From: an uncultured Alphaproteobacteria bacterium
Lineage (GTDB): Bacteria; Pseudomonadota; Alphaproteobacteria; RF32; CAG-239
Assembly (NCBI GenBank): GCA_934255405.1
Contig: CAKQNT010000001.1
Coordinates: 34,043 to 98,042, forward strand
Length of the DNA: 64,000 nt
Direction of reading: 5' to 3'
The translations under genes and the position numbers were made by a program. Numbering within the stretch: the first letter of the stretch is position 1; each line of letters opens with the position of its first letter. Of the stretch, positions 35,198 through 45,194 are shown in pieces. The notes beneath the pieces are model-generated. The model did no database searches. It was not told the origin of the DNA and saw only the letters and a list, made by a program, of their open reading frames with translations.

Positions 35198-36310
35198 TTA
35201 GTGTTTGGCAAGAGCCAATTTTTGCAAAAAACGAATTTGTATGTCAGCAATCTGATTTACCGAATCCATCTCCACGTATTCTCCCTCGGCATGCATTCCA
35301 TCGCCGCTGCCAGAGTGCATAATCACCGTTGAGCCCCTGACGGCAAAAGCTCGCGAATCCGTGGCGCCGCCTTCATATTCAAAACTAAGCGGACGCCCCA
35401 AAATATTTTCGGCAAAATGCTTATAATCCAAAATATATGAATTATCCTCGCTCATTACTACCGGAGTTGATGAAGATACTATCTGATACTCGCACCCCTT
35501 AGCCATTGCTTTGTCCAGATTGGATTTTAGCTCTTCAAGAGTGCTGTTTTCAGTCAGGCGGATATCGCACAACGCCTCGCAATAATTGCTGATTACATTA
35601 GAAACCTCGCCACCCTTAATTTTGGCAACGTGCATGGTATCTATCCATTTATTCTGCGGAATAACGCCATTTTTGGAATAATAAGGATAAAACTTGCGCA
35701 AATTGGCAATTGTCTGCAACATAATCTCATTGGCATCAACACCATCCCAAGGGCGAGAGCCGTGTGCAGCAGTGCCGTGAGCCATAAGCTTGACAAACAC
35801 CGGATTTTTGCACTTTACAATCAATTTTGTAATATCTCCGCCGACATCATTATCCAGCACAATCTTGGCTTTCATATTGGGATGAGCCGATAAAAATGCC
35901 TCGGTTCCGCGGCTGCCTTTTTCTTCATCAGAGGATAAAATAACCCCGAATTTTATCGGCAAATTTTCTTTTAGAACATATTCCATTGAATTTAGCGCCA
36001 CCGCGGCAAAAGACTTCATATCCAAAGTGCCGCGCCCATACATGCGCCCGCCCTCAACTTTAGGTTCAAACATCTCAGCAGCGGCGGCCACAACATCTAT
36101 GTGCCCCAAAACAAGAGCATCAAAATTATCGGTATCGGCATTACGAATAAAGATAACCGGCGCACCGGCAACCTCGCGGAACACATCTATTTTGGCGGCA
36201 GTGGCGGCGAACAATTTTTCAATATATGCCATGACCTTATCAATTTCTGCAGCATTGCCGGTTTCTGAGCGAAAACGGATTAAATCTTTGGCAACATCAA
36301 TAACATTCAT
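35198..36310 (-). CDS. M20-family metallopeptidase (ArgE/DapE-like).
   Basis: GHIDVV and DMKS motifs. Confidence 0.65.
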   Translation of the reverse strand: MNVIDVAKDLIRFRSETGNAAEIDKVMAYIEKLFAATAAKIDVFREVAGAPVIFIRNADTDNFDALVLGHIDVVAAAAEMFEPKVEGGRMYGRGTLDMKSFAAVALNSMEYVLKENLPIKFGVILSSDEEKGSRGTEAFLSAHPNMKAKIVLDNDVGGDITKLIVKCKNPVFVKLMAHGTAAHGSRPWDGVDANEIMLQTIANLRKFYPYYSKNGVIPQNKWIDTMHVAKIKGGEVSNVISNYCEALCDIRLTENSTLEELKSNLDKAMAKGCEYQIVSSSTPVVMSEDNSYILDYKHFAENILGRPLSFEYEGGATDSRAFAVRGSTVIMHSGSGDGMHAEGEYVEMDSVNQIADIQIRFLQKLALAKH

Positions 36311-36401
36311 AAAAAAATCCTTTCTGTTTTATTTTTTTACAATTTATTCACTTAATATCGTCATAATAAGGGTAACAGGATAAAAAAAGATTAAAAAGAG
36401 G

Positions 36402-36920
36402 GTGAATATGAAAAGATTATTGGCAACTTTGGCGGTGCTCTTATTATCTGCTTTTGCGGCTTTTGCTCAAGATACCGCCGACGAGAGCGAAAGCGAGACC
36501 GGATTGGCGCTACCCCGTTTTGTAGTCTTGCGTTTTGGACACGTAAACGCTCGCTCCGGCCCTGGTACCCGCTACCCGATAGAGTGGGTATATCGCCAGC
36601 AGTATGCTCCGGCAGAAATTATTGCCGAATTTGAGGACTGGCGCAAAATAAAAGATTGGCAAGGCTCTGAAAGCTGGGTGCACAAAACCAACGTTGCCGG
36701 AAAACGATATGTTAAGATAATTACCCCTGGGGAAAATAACATTTATGCCAAAGATGACTATAAATCCAAGGTAATTGCCCGTGTAGAAGACGAGGCTATC
36801 GGCGAAATTAAGAAATGTCCGGTAAAAACCAGTTTCTGCCTGATAAAATTTGGCAACATCACCGGTTGGCTGCCCCGCCAAAACCTCTATGGTATATATC
36901 CAGATGAAATTATAGATTGA
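36402..36920 (+). CDS. Secreted bacterial SH3-domain protein.
   Basis: Signal peptide. SH3b-like VNARSGPGTRYPIEWVY...W. Confidence 0.45.
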   Translation: MNMKRLLATLAVLLLSAFAAFAQDTADESESETGLALPRFVVLRFGHVNARSGPGTRYPIEWVYRQQYAPAEIIAEFEDWRKIKDWQGSESWVHKTNVAGKRYVKIITPGENNIYAKDDYKSKVIARVEDEAIGEIKKCPVKTSFCLIKFGNITGWLPRQNLYGIYPDEIID

Positions 36921-36928
36921 TAGATAGT

Positions 36929-37504
36929 CTAAAGTTCGGTCAAACTCCAAACACCGTCCTGATACTCCAACCGGAAAAGGGCGGTGTTTTTCATTTTGTG
37001 CGGTTTGTGTCCGAACTTCATCAGAAAATAGCGGATTGAAGCACTATGAGAAGCAATCCCGATAACCTCTTCAGGCGTATCGAGTAATTCCTCAAAAACT
37101 TTATACATACGTTCTTGCATCTGATTTTTGGTCTCGCCGTCAGGAAACGCCACATTCATATCATTGGCTTCATCATACCACAGAGCGTATATTTCGGGAA
37201 ATTTTTCAGCAACTTCGCTCTTGAGCATTCCCTCTGTTTGTCCCAAACACCCCTCGCGCAAGCCATCTTTAATCAGAACGGGGATATTTAATCTTTGAGC
37301 CACAGCCTCTGCAGTTTGGCAAGCGCGAAGAAGCGGACTGGAATAAATTATTTGCAACCCCTTATCCTTCAATAGCGAGGCTAATTCTTTTGCCTGTTGG
37401 ATTCCGTTGGCATTGAGCGGGTTATCTATGCCGCATCCTTGCCAACGCCGCACTATATTATAGTCTGTTTCGCCGTGGCGAAAGATATAAAAAACCTTAT
37501 GCAT
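36929..37504 (-). CDS. Histidine phosphatase (phosphoglycerate mutase-like) family protein.
   Basis: RHGETDYN motif. Confidence 0.6.
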   Translation of the reverse strand: MHKVFYIFRHGETDYNIVRRWQGCGIDNPLNANGIQQAKELASLLKDKGLQIIYSSPLLRACQTAEAVAQRLNIPVLIKDGLREGCLGQTEGMLKSEVAEKFPEIYALWYDEANDMNVAFPDGETKNQMQERMYKVFEELLDTPEEVIGIASHSASIRYFLMKFGHKPHKMKNTALFRLEYQDGVWSLTEL

Positions 37505-37506
37505 GG

Positions 37507-38289
37507 CTACTCCCTCTCGCAAACCGGAACATCAGGAAACATGATTGCGGCAACTTTTTGATAATGTTCATTCCAATTGCTGACCAAAAATTTATAATCA
37601 TGATTGCGGCTCAAGCAAATATCAATTTCAATATGACGGCGCAGATAATCTGCCAATTTGGCACCCATCAGCTCATCTTGCGAAATAATCCGCACCTTGG
37701 GCAAAACCTTGCGAAAACATTCTTTGAGCAACGGATAGTGTGTACACCCCAAAATCAGCGAATCGGCATCAGAAAATTGAGCAGCATATTCCAAAGCTTT
37801 GGCTTCGGCAGCGGCAAAGTTATTACTCTCTATAGCAGGAACCAACTCCGGCGCGGCAACCTCCTTAACCTGCAGTTCAGGTTTTATTTTGTGCAATTCG
37901 GCAGTATAAAGCCGAGAGTTTACGGTTGCCGGAGTAGCAATAACGCCGACTTGAGCCGCATTATCAGACAAAGCCTCTTCCACTGTGGGAATCACAACGC
38001 CTAAAACCTTAACATCAGGAGCATAAGAAGGTATAAACTTTTGTTGCAGATAGCGCAAAGCAATAGATGTTGCGGTATTACAGGCAATGATTATAAGTCC
38101 GCATTTTTGCGATATCAAAAACTTTATCGCCTCAATGGTATACCCCATAATCTGTTCAGGTGTTTTTTCGCCATAGGGCAAGTGCTCGGTATCGCCATAA
38201 TAAACATAGTCGTATTCCGGAAGCGCCTGAATAAATGCCTTGGTAATAACCAAACCGCCAAGTCCGGAATCAAAAACGCCGATTTTCAT
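37507..38289 (-). CDS. murI: Glutamate racemase.
   Basis: MKIGVFDSGLGGL N-terminus, IACNTAT, GCTHYP motifs. Internal start chosen. Confidence 0.8.
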   Translation of the reverse strand: MKIGVFDSGLGGLVITKAFIQALPEYDYVYYGDTEHLPYGEKTPEQIMGYTIEAIKFLISQKCGLIIIACNTATSIALRYLQQKFIPSYAPDVKVLGVVIPTVEEALSDNAAQVGVIATPATVNSRLYTAELHKIKPELQVKEVAAPELVPAIESNNFAAAEAKALEYAAQFSDADSLILGCTHYPLLKECFRKVLPKVRIISQDELMGAKLADYLRRHIEIDICLSRNHDYKFLVSNWNEHYQKVAAIMFPDVPVCERE

Positions 38290-38418
38290 AAAATATCCTT
38301 TCTTATTGCTTTGGCTGAATTTATATCCCTTTTTTGCACCTATTGACAAGAATTATTTTGACTCCTTACTTAAAGCGGCTATAATCGAACAAAATTAGAA
38401 CAAAATGCAATTAGAGAA

Positions 38419-39585
38419 ATGTCTCAACAAAGAATTATAGCCTTAGTCGATTGCGACTGTTTTTTTGTCTCTTGCGAGCAGGTGGATAATCCTGATTTGC
38501 GCGGCAAAGCAGTGTGCGTAACAACCGGAGCCGGAGAGAGGGGAATCGTAGTTTCTCGCTCGCCGGAGGCCAAAGCGCTGGGTATTAAGATGGGAGAGCC
38601 GTTGTTCAAACTGCATGAGCGGGGAATCGAGGCCGTTTTTATTCCGGCGCGTCATCATCGCTATAGCGAGATTTCGGCGCAAGTTATGCAGGTTTTGCAA
38701 AACTTCAGCCCCGATGTAGAGCAAGTATCTGTTGATGAAGCCTACGTTGACCTCACCAGTCTGAACAAAGTATACAAAAAGACCTATACCGAGATTATTA
38801 AGGATATTCGCCAGCAAGTGTGGGAACAGGTTGAGGTGCCGGTATCTATCGGACTATCGACTTCCAAAACATTGGCAAAACTGGCCAGTGACAAAGCTAA
38901 AAAAAATAATGGTATTTTTGCAATTCCTCCGCACAAAATTCTACAAATTATCGGCAATAGTCCGATTGAAGAAGTCTGCGGCGTGGGGCGACAAAATCTA
39001 AAACATCTGCAATATTATGGTATTTTTACCATCAAAGATTATGTTGAACAAGCCGATGCTTTTGTGCGAAAAAGTTTGGGAATCAACGGACTAAACCTCA
39101 AATATGAACTACTGGGCAGCTGCACATCAAAGGTAAACAACAAACCTCAGGCTCCCAAATCTATTCAAAATACGGCAATGTTAGGAAATTTTACTCAAGA
39201 TGAAGCGATGCTGCGCGCGGCTTTGCTCGGACACATTCACCACGCATGCCGTAAACTGCGCAAATGGAATGGATTTTGCAGAACTGCCGGAGTTATGCTG
39301 CGTACCAAAGATTTTAGAGTGATGTCTGCACGGCAAAAGCTGCCTATTTGCACTAACAGCGAGACTGAAATTGCCAAAACCGCGTTACAGCTTCTACACA
39401 ATATCTATCGCCCTCATGAGATTTATCGCAGTTGCGGAATATCACTGGAAGAGCTGGACTATGACTACCAACCCTCTTTGTTTGAAACCAGCACGCCGGA
39501 ACAGCAGGACAGCAAGCTCAGCCATGCCCTTGACGAGCTGGAAGCCAAATTCGGGCAAGATATAGTCAAAACCGGCTGGATATAG
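38419..39585 (+). CDS. Y-family DNA polymerase, UmuC-like.
   Basis: N-terminus LVDCDCFFVSCEQVDNPDLRGKAVCV...SPEAKALGIKMGEPLFK closely parallels UmuC/DinB N-termini. Confidence 0.75.
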   Translation: MSQQRIIALVDCDCFFVSCEQVDNPDLRGKAVCVTTGAGERGIVVSRSPEAKALGIKMGEPLFKLHERGIEAVFIPARHHRYSEISAQVMQVLQNFSPDVEQVSVDEAYVDLTSLNKVYKKTYTEIIKDIRQQVWEQVEVPVSIGLSTSKTLAKLASDKAKKNNGIFAIPPHKILQIIGNSPIEEVCGVGRQNLKHLQYYGIFTIKDYVEQADAFVRKSLGINGLNLKYELLGSCTSKVNNKPQAPKSIQNTAMLGNFTQDEAMLRAALLGHIHHACRKLRKWNGFCRTAGVMLRTKDFRVMSARQKLPICTNSETEIAKTALQLLHNIYRPHEIYRSCGISLEELDYDYQPSLFETSTPEQQDSKLSHALDELEAKFGQDIVKTGWI

Positions 39586-39598
39586 GAATCAAACAGAA

Positions 39599-40486
39599 TC
39601 AAGCATTTTGTTTACGATTTAGATAAGAGCGAAGCAGATTATTATCGCGCATTGTCGAGTGAGGATTTGATGGAACCTGTGAAACCGGACCCAGACCTCT
39701 CAAAGCTTGGACTCGATTACGAAACATATTTTTTGACGTGTCACGATTAAACAAATCGCAGGCTGTAGATATCTCACAAATAGCAATAGATCTATGCAAA
39801 CCAGAATGAGTATGAGGAGGATTATGCCCTCGGAGAGCTTCATCTCGCAGATATTTTGCCCAGCCATCGCAATTATAACCTGCACTCTGTGCAATCAATA
39901 CGCCCATTGTGTCAGCAAAAGTTTCTGCTCCATCCATATATTGCTGTTTAGCATTTTCATTTTGTGGGCGATTATAAAAGTCTATAAAATGTCCCATTTC
40001 GTGAGCTAACAGTCCTGGTAAAATATCTTTATTAAAGTCATCAAACAAGGTTTCTGCCACAAATAAAACCGCTTTATTCCTTGCGCCATCGTTTCCTTTT
40101 TGAAACACAGCTCCACCATTGGGCTTGGGCCATTGTTCCCTAGGGCGGATAGCAATTGTAAAATCTGTGTTATTTAATATTTTTCTTAAATCTTGGCTAA
40201 TTTGGGAACCGTTGTTTGAAAAATCTTGCAATATCTTTCTGACCATCGCAATCTTTTGAGGATTTTGGCATTTTGCCGGCGCTTTTTCTGCCATATCTTT
40301 TTCATCAGGCCACCAAGTCAAATCATCAAGCGTATATACGCAACCGACCTTACCATTTTCTTCAAGAATTTTAGTTTCCAGCGACTTAAGCCTGTCTTGA
40401 GGAAAGCTATCAAAATATTTTCTACCCAAAGATACCAAATGGTTTGGCAGATTGAATGTGTTTGCTGTTGAAACAAAATCTGGCAT
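39599..40486 (-). CDS. Putative zinc metallopeptidase (HEMGH motif).
   Basis: HExxH only. Confidence 0.35.
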   Translation of the reverse strand: MPDFVSTANTFNLPNHLVSLGRKYFDSFPQDRLKSLETKILEENGKVGCVYTLDDLTWWPDEKDMAEKAPAKCQNPQKIAMVRKILQDFSNNGSQISQDLRKILNNTDFTIAIRPREQWPKPNGGAVFQKGNDGARNKAVLFVAETLFDDFNKDILPGLLAHEMGHFIDFYNRPQNENAKQQYMDGAETFADTMGVLIAQSAGYNCDGWAKYLRDEALRGHNPPHTHSGLHRSIAICEISTACDLFNRDTSKNMFRNRVQALRGLGPVSQVPSNPHSTMRDNNLLRSYLNRKQNA

Positions 40487-40550
40487 GCCATATCTCCTGA
40501 TATTAAATATACCATAGGCAATGATAAAATACTAGGCTTAAAAATCATTC

Positions 40551-41252
40551 TTATGTTAAATTAACCAGACCAGAATCATCTGCAAAATTATTTAGGGTGT
40601 GTTTAACTTCTTTCATTGTAGCACAAACGGCTACTACGCCAGTATCAATACATTTTTTACGATATTCAACTGTATCATTACCTTCTGCTCCGAGAAAGGC
40701 TATGCTCTTCATTCCGGCAGAATTAGCGGCGGCAAAATCATTTAAGCTATCACCGATTACAATGCAATCTTGCGGGTTATATCCTTTTGTTTTAGCAGCC
40801 AGTAAAAATAAATCCGGTGCCGGCTTTCCTTGTTTTACCATATCCACGGTAAAATAGTCACTCGATGACATATATTTTTCAATCCATTTGAATTGCGTCA
40901 TTTTCCAAGCATGTTGTTCCTTAGTAGCTCCAGTTGCAATGCAATGTGCAAAACGAGTATCGCTCATAATATCTTCAACACCGGCAATAGGTTGCATAAA
41001 ATACATACCTTTATATTTTTCTTTGGCGTTAATTTTTTGCATGAAATCGTCATCCAATTTGGATGAAGGAAAATATTTTTCCAAACGCTCTTTCCTTAAT
41101 TTATCTGCAATTCCGACCAACAAATTAAGTTTTTCATCTTCGGAAAGAGAGATATTTCTTTCTTTTTCTAATGTTTCACACCAGACCGAAACCCACAGTT
41201 TTTCACTGTCGGCAATGACTCCGTCAAAATCCCAAATGATTAACTTGTTCAT
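40551..41252 (-). CDS. HAD-superfamily hydrolase.
   Basis: DFDGV motif I at N-terminus MNKLIIWDFDGVIADS. Internal start chosen. Confidence 0.6.
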   Translation of the reverse strand: MNKLIIWDFDGVIADSEKLWVSVWCETLEKERNISLSEDEKLNLLVGIADKLRKERLEKYFPSSKLDDDFMQKINAKEKYKGMYFMQPIAGVEDIMSDTRFAHCIATGATKEQHAWKMTQFKWIEKYMSSSDYFTVDMVKQGKPAPDLFLLAAKTKGYNPQDCIVIGDSLNDFAAANSAGMKSIAFLGAEGNDTVEYRKKCIDTGVVAVCATMKEVKHTLNNFADDSGLVNLT

Positions 41253-41381
41253 AGGTAATCCCTTGTTGAAAACTGCTAAAATTCTAGCATCGCACAGGTG
41301 AGGAGTCAATATTATTAGATTAAAAGTCCGATAATTCTGGGTTCTACGTCAAAGTAGGAAGCAAAAGCAGTATCCAAGATT

Positions 41382-41427
41382 ATAAAAAAGCCTCCGCAAG
41401 GGAGGCTTATTTATTGGTGGGTGTGGC
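41382..41427. repeat. 46-bp direct duplicate of the tRNA-Val 3' end (13 nt) plus its terminator hairpin. Second copy at 41554-41599.
   Basis: Exact repeat ATAAAAAAGCCTCCGCAAGGGAGGCTTATTTATTGGTGGGTGTGGC seen twice, 172 bp apart. Confidence 0.8.
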
Positions 41428-41586
41428 ATGGTTTGTGCGGACGCTGCGCACTCCGCAGCCTATCGGCCTCATTCTTCGCTCTTCCTCACCCCTACCCTGC
41501 GGGGCTCGGGCGCCAAACCAGCTTCACTGGTTCAATCTAGCGACACCATACCAATAAAAAAGCCTCCGCAAGGGAGGCTTATTTAT

Positions 41587-41662
41587 TGGTGGGTGTGGCT
41601 GGGATCGAACCAGCGACCCCTACGATGTCAACGTAGTGCTCATACCACTGAGCTACACACCC
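41587..41662 (-). tRNA. tRNA-Val (anticodon GAC).
   Basis: Manual fold: GGGTGTG-TA-GCTCAGTGGTA-TGAGCA-CTACG-TTGACAT-CGTAG-...-GGTTCGATCC-...-CACACCC-ACCA. Followed by a hairpin terminator. Confidence 0.75.
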
Positions 41663-41832
41663 ATCTTCATCAGACGTTCTTTGTTTACAATATCATTTTG
41701 CTTTTGGCAAGAGTTTTTGCATGCCTGTTTGCGATTTTATGTGCAAAACACTATATAAGCTTTGCAACAGATTATATTAGCGAAAATTTAAGCTTTTGGC
41801 GGTACAATAACTTCTATTGAGGGAGATTTTTC

Positions 41833-42720
41833 GTGTCTGATAAAAAACTTGACTTCAGAGTTAACTACAAAAACTTAAAAATCTTTGAAGAATTTAACAG
41901 CAAAGATTTAAGGTTTCCGGTAGTAATGTCTTCGCCTCACAGCGGACGTGATTTTCCACCGGAGTTTTTGGCAAACACCACGCTGAGCGAACTTGAGCTC
42001 CGCTCGTCTGAAGACAGCTTTGTGACAGAGATTGTGAAATCTGCCTCCGATGCCGGAATCCCACTCTTGAGTATGAACATCCCCAGAACTTTTGTTGATG
42101 TAAACCGAGACCGGATTGAACTGGATGATAAAATGTTTTTTGATGCGCCGATTTCAGCCAATAGTTCGGCTTGTCGGCGTTGTCGGGTTGGATTGGGCGT
42201 AATCCACCGCATTATATATCCCAATCGAAATATTTATGACGGAATGCTCTCTTATGAAGAGGGAATGGAACGCCTAAAAAATGTTTATGATGTGTATCAT
42301 AAAAGGCTGAAACAGCTGGTTGATCGCTGTGTGCGCAAGTTCGGGTTTTGTTTGCTTATAGACTGCCACTCAATGCCTTCGCTTATTTGCAATATTATGA
42401 ATGACGAAAAAAGTTTGGATTTTTGCCTCTGCACTCTGTTTGATGAAAGTTGTCCGACGCAGATTTCCGAGTTTTTGAGCCGCCAGCTGGAGGCAAAAAA
42501 ATATCGGGTAGAGTTTAACCGCCCCTACGCCGGAGCTTATATAACATTTAATTATTGCCAGCCTCGTAAAAATATTTACACCCTGCAACTAGAGATTAAC
42601 CGCAGCCTCTACATGAACGAAAAGACGTTCGCCAAAAAACAGAAATTTCAAAAGGTTAGCACCGATATTTGTCAAAGTATTCTGGCGTTGGCAAATTTTT
42701 TGCTGGATTTTAAAAAATAA
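41833..42720 (+). CDS. N-formylglutamate amidohydrolase family protein.
   Basis: SPHSG and IDCHSMPS motifs. Confidence 0.55.
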   Translation: MSDKKLDFRVNYKNLKIFEEFNSKDLRFPVVMSSPHSGRDFPPEFLANTTLSELELRSSEDSFVTEIVKSASDAGIPLLSMNIPRTFVDVNRDRIELDDKMFFDAPISANSSACRRCRVGLGVIHRIIYPNRNIYDGMLSYEEGMERLKNVYDVYHKRLKQLVDRCVRKFGFCLLIDCHSMPSLICNIMNDEKSLDFCLCTLFDESCPTQISEFLSRQLEAKKYRVEFNRPYAGAYITFNYCQPRKNIYTLQLEINRSLYMNEKTFAKKQKFQKVSTDICQSILALANFLLDFKK

Positions 42721-42870
42721 ATATGTTATAAGCCTCTCTTGTTTGTAAACTATTTGTTAATATTTATAACAGGTAGTTTGGGTTTTGCCGCGGTTGGAGA
42801 GCGGTCAAACCGTTGGATCACCAACCTCAGACTATTTTTATTTGATAGTTGCCGTATGGCAGGTTGAAAT

Positions 42871-42886
42871 TGGCACATTTGTTGCA
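42871..42886 (+). promoter_or_regulatory. Sigma54-type -24/-12 promoter element TGGCAC-N5-TTGCA, about 40 nt upstream of the lytic transglycosylase gene.
   Basis: Exact consensus match TGGCACatttgTTGCA seen in sequence. Confidence 0.45.
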
Positions 42887-42924
42887 TGAGGGATACCTGT
42901 TGGCTGGTCTGAGGGAGCAGAGGG

Positions 42925-43665
42925 ATGCGACTTTTCGTATCAAAAATTTTAATGTTTTTGTTAATATTGCTGATGTTAATTCAGCCAGTACAGGCTCGTG
43001 CTTACACTGAAATTCGTGATGACGCTCTGGTTTGTATGGATGCTACACAAAAATTTGAAAAAGAATATCAAATAAAAGAACACCTCCTTTCCACAATTTC
43101 CAGCGTTGAAACCGGTCGCTGGGATGCCAACCGCAAGCGCAATGTTGCTTGGCCGTGGACCGTAAACGCTCAAGGCAAGGGTTATTTCTTTAACTCCAAA
43201 GCCGAGGCCGTTCGTGAGGTTAAACGTTTGCAGGCCGCAGGGGTCAAAAGTATTGATGTCGGCTGTATGCAGATTAATTTGGCTTACCACCCTAAAGCTT
43301 TCAGAAGCATAGAAGAAGCTTTTGATCCGCAAAAAAACGTAGAGTATGGCGCCAAATTTTTGAAAACATTGTATTCTAAAAAAGGCAATGACTGGATTAA
43401 GGCCGCAATGGCTTATCATTCCAGCGTGCCGAGAAAAGCCCAAATATATAAGAAACGCTTGGCCAGCGCCTATGAAGGCGTAAAAGAAGCGGCTGATGCT
43501 AATCCTTTTATATTTGGAAAAAAAGCGCACAAAACTGCCAAAGCACTTGCAAGCAACCGCGTTTATGCTAAAAACAAAGTTAAAATTGAACGTATGACTG
43601 CAAACAAGGCGAATGCGTGGCGGCAGGCAAAATTGGAAGAGTACCGCAACAGCAAACGCCAATAA
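42925..43665 (+). CDS. Secreted SLT-domain lytic transglycosylase.
   Basis: Signal peptide. SLT-like region ...VETGRW...GCMQIN...AYHS. Confidence 0.55.
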   Translation: MRLFVSKILMFLLILLMLIQPVQARAYTEIRDDALVCMDATQKFEKEYQIKEHLLSTISSVETGRWDANRKRNVAWPWTVNAQGKGYFFNSKAEAVREVKRLQAAGVKSIDVGCMQINLAYHPKAFRSIEEAFDPQKNVEYGAKFLKTLYSKKGNDWIKAAMAYHSSVPRKAQIYKKRLASAYEGVKEAADANPFIFGKKAHKTAKALASNRVYAKNKVKIERMTANKANAWRQAKLEEYRNSKRQ

Positions 43666-43682
43666 AGGTTTTATATCTGGCT

Positions 43683-45194
43683 ATGGCGGAGTATTTTTCA
43701 GAGAGCGGCTTATATTGGAGGCCGTTAGGCGGTAATAACATCGACCAAATCAGCGGGCATTGCTATCAATACACGGATATCAAGAGCTTAAAATCCGGCT
43801 TGAAGGCAACCACCATCGTGGTCGATCTCGGAAAATTTGACAATCATCAAGCCTTGGGAATCAAAAACTCGGTGGCAGCGGTTCCGGATATCAGAGAACT
43901 GCTAAAGACCCCGTTTTTGGAGCCCGAGGCTATTTTTTTGACTCACTCGCACCCTGATCATTTGAACGGAATTGTCCACTATCTTAAGGCGGGCTATTCT
44001 TTGCCTCCGCTATATGGCGGCAAATATACCATGATGATATTGAATGAGCTTTATGATGAGTTTTGCGTTATGCCGTACGAGCGTCCGGACTTTAACATTA
44101 TAGATGATGGCGACGTCATAAAATGCGGTTCATTCAAAATTGAGGTATTAGCGTCATCACACACCTGTTTTGACAGCTTCGGGTTGCTGATTACCGCTCA
44201 TGACGGAACAACAGTTTATCACACCGGAGACATGAAAACCGACAACAGCACCTATTTTCGCAAGCCAACAAACCTCAAACGATTGGCTCAAATGTCCGGC
44301 AAAGTTGACTTTACAGTATGTGATTTTTGCGGAATCGTGCGCGACGGATTAGCTGTGCGGGAAGTTGATACCTTTAAGAAACTGGTTCAGATAGTTAAAA
44401 AATCGCGCAAAAATAAAATATTCATACCGGTTTATCCCACTCACGCAGAAATGTATCTAATTGCGTTTTTGGCCGCGCTAAAACAAAAAAAAGACGTTAT
44501 TTTTTATGGTGGCAAAGATTTTTATTCTTATTTGGAACAAATAAAAAATTACGGACTGGATTTTGAAAAACTTGCAGGCAACCGCATAAAAGTCTATGTA
44601 GGGACACCGCCAGAAATAAAGAAACTTAAAGGTAAATTTGCTGTTATCGGAACTTATAACGACATCGGCAGCCATTTTAATGAGAGCAGTTCCGACAGCT
44701 TAGGCATTATCACCTCCGGCACATTTTTTAATCCACTGCGCGGTCAATTTAACGCTCGCAATATCCGTTTTGTTGACACCAAAGATTATCCGGTTTTGCA
44801 AGGATACGGGCATGGTTTTTTGGGTGATTATGAAAAAATAAATCAGATTTTGGCTAAGCCTGTATTTATACCGACCCATTGTCCGATTTATGTTATTGAC
44901 AGCTGCCGCAAGCTGGCGGAATATATAGGCATAAAAATTGCCACACCGACAGCGCAAAACAATCATACCTACAAGCTGGAGAAAGATGGTTTTAAGGAAG
45001 TAAAAGCTTCTCCGGCAACTTGGCTGGTGGTTAGCTATGCTAACAATCAGGCAGCTTTTACTGAAGTCTGGCAGAAGCCGACTTCGGGCATGGGCTTTTT
45101 GAAACGAACATTTAGCGCTCGACGTTGCCGCAACCAATTTGAAATGATGTTACATCAACGCCAAAATAAGGATAACAGAAATGCAGATAAATAA
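43683..45194 (+). CDS. Metallo-beta-lactamase-fold hydrolase, RNase J-like.
   Basis: PLGG near N-terminus, FLTHSHPDHLNG. Overall length about 500 aa. Confidence 0.45.
   Translation: MAEYFSESGLYWRPLGGNNIDQISGHCYQYTDIKSLKSGLKATTIVVDLGKFDNHQALGIKNSVAAVPDIRELLKTPFLEPEAIFLTHSHPDHLNGIVHYLKAGYSLPPLYGGKYTMMILNELYDEFCVMPYERPDFNIIDDGDVIKCGSFKIEVLASSHTCFDSFGLLITAHDGTTVYHTGDMKTDNSTYFRKPTNLKRLAQMSGKVDFTVCDFCGIVRDGLAVREVDTFKKLVQIVKKSRKNKIFIPVYPTHAEMYLIAFLAALKQKKDVIFYGGKDFYSYLEQIKNYGLDFEKLAGNRIKVYVGTPPEIKKLKGKFAVIGTYNDIGSHFNESSSDSLGIITSGTFFNPLRGQFNARNIRFVDTKDYPVLQGYGHGFLGDYEKINQILAKPVFIPTHCPIYVIDSCRKLAEYIGIKIATPTAQNNHTYKLEKDGFKEVKASPATWLVVSYANNQAAFTEVWQKPTSGMGFLKRTFSARRCRNQFEMMLHQRQNKDNRNADK

Noticed and set aside
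41428-41820. 130-aa plus-strand ORF
   Set aside because: Spans the tRNA-Val gene and the duplicated terminator repeat, so it is a spurious open frame.
42760-42860. GC-rich structured segment considered as a tRNA or small RNA gene
   Set aside because: No T-loop (GTTCRA) or cloverleaf could be folded. More plausibly upstream activator sequences of the sigma54 promoter.
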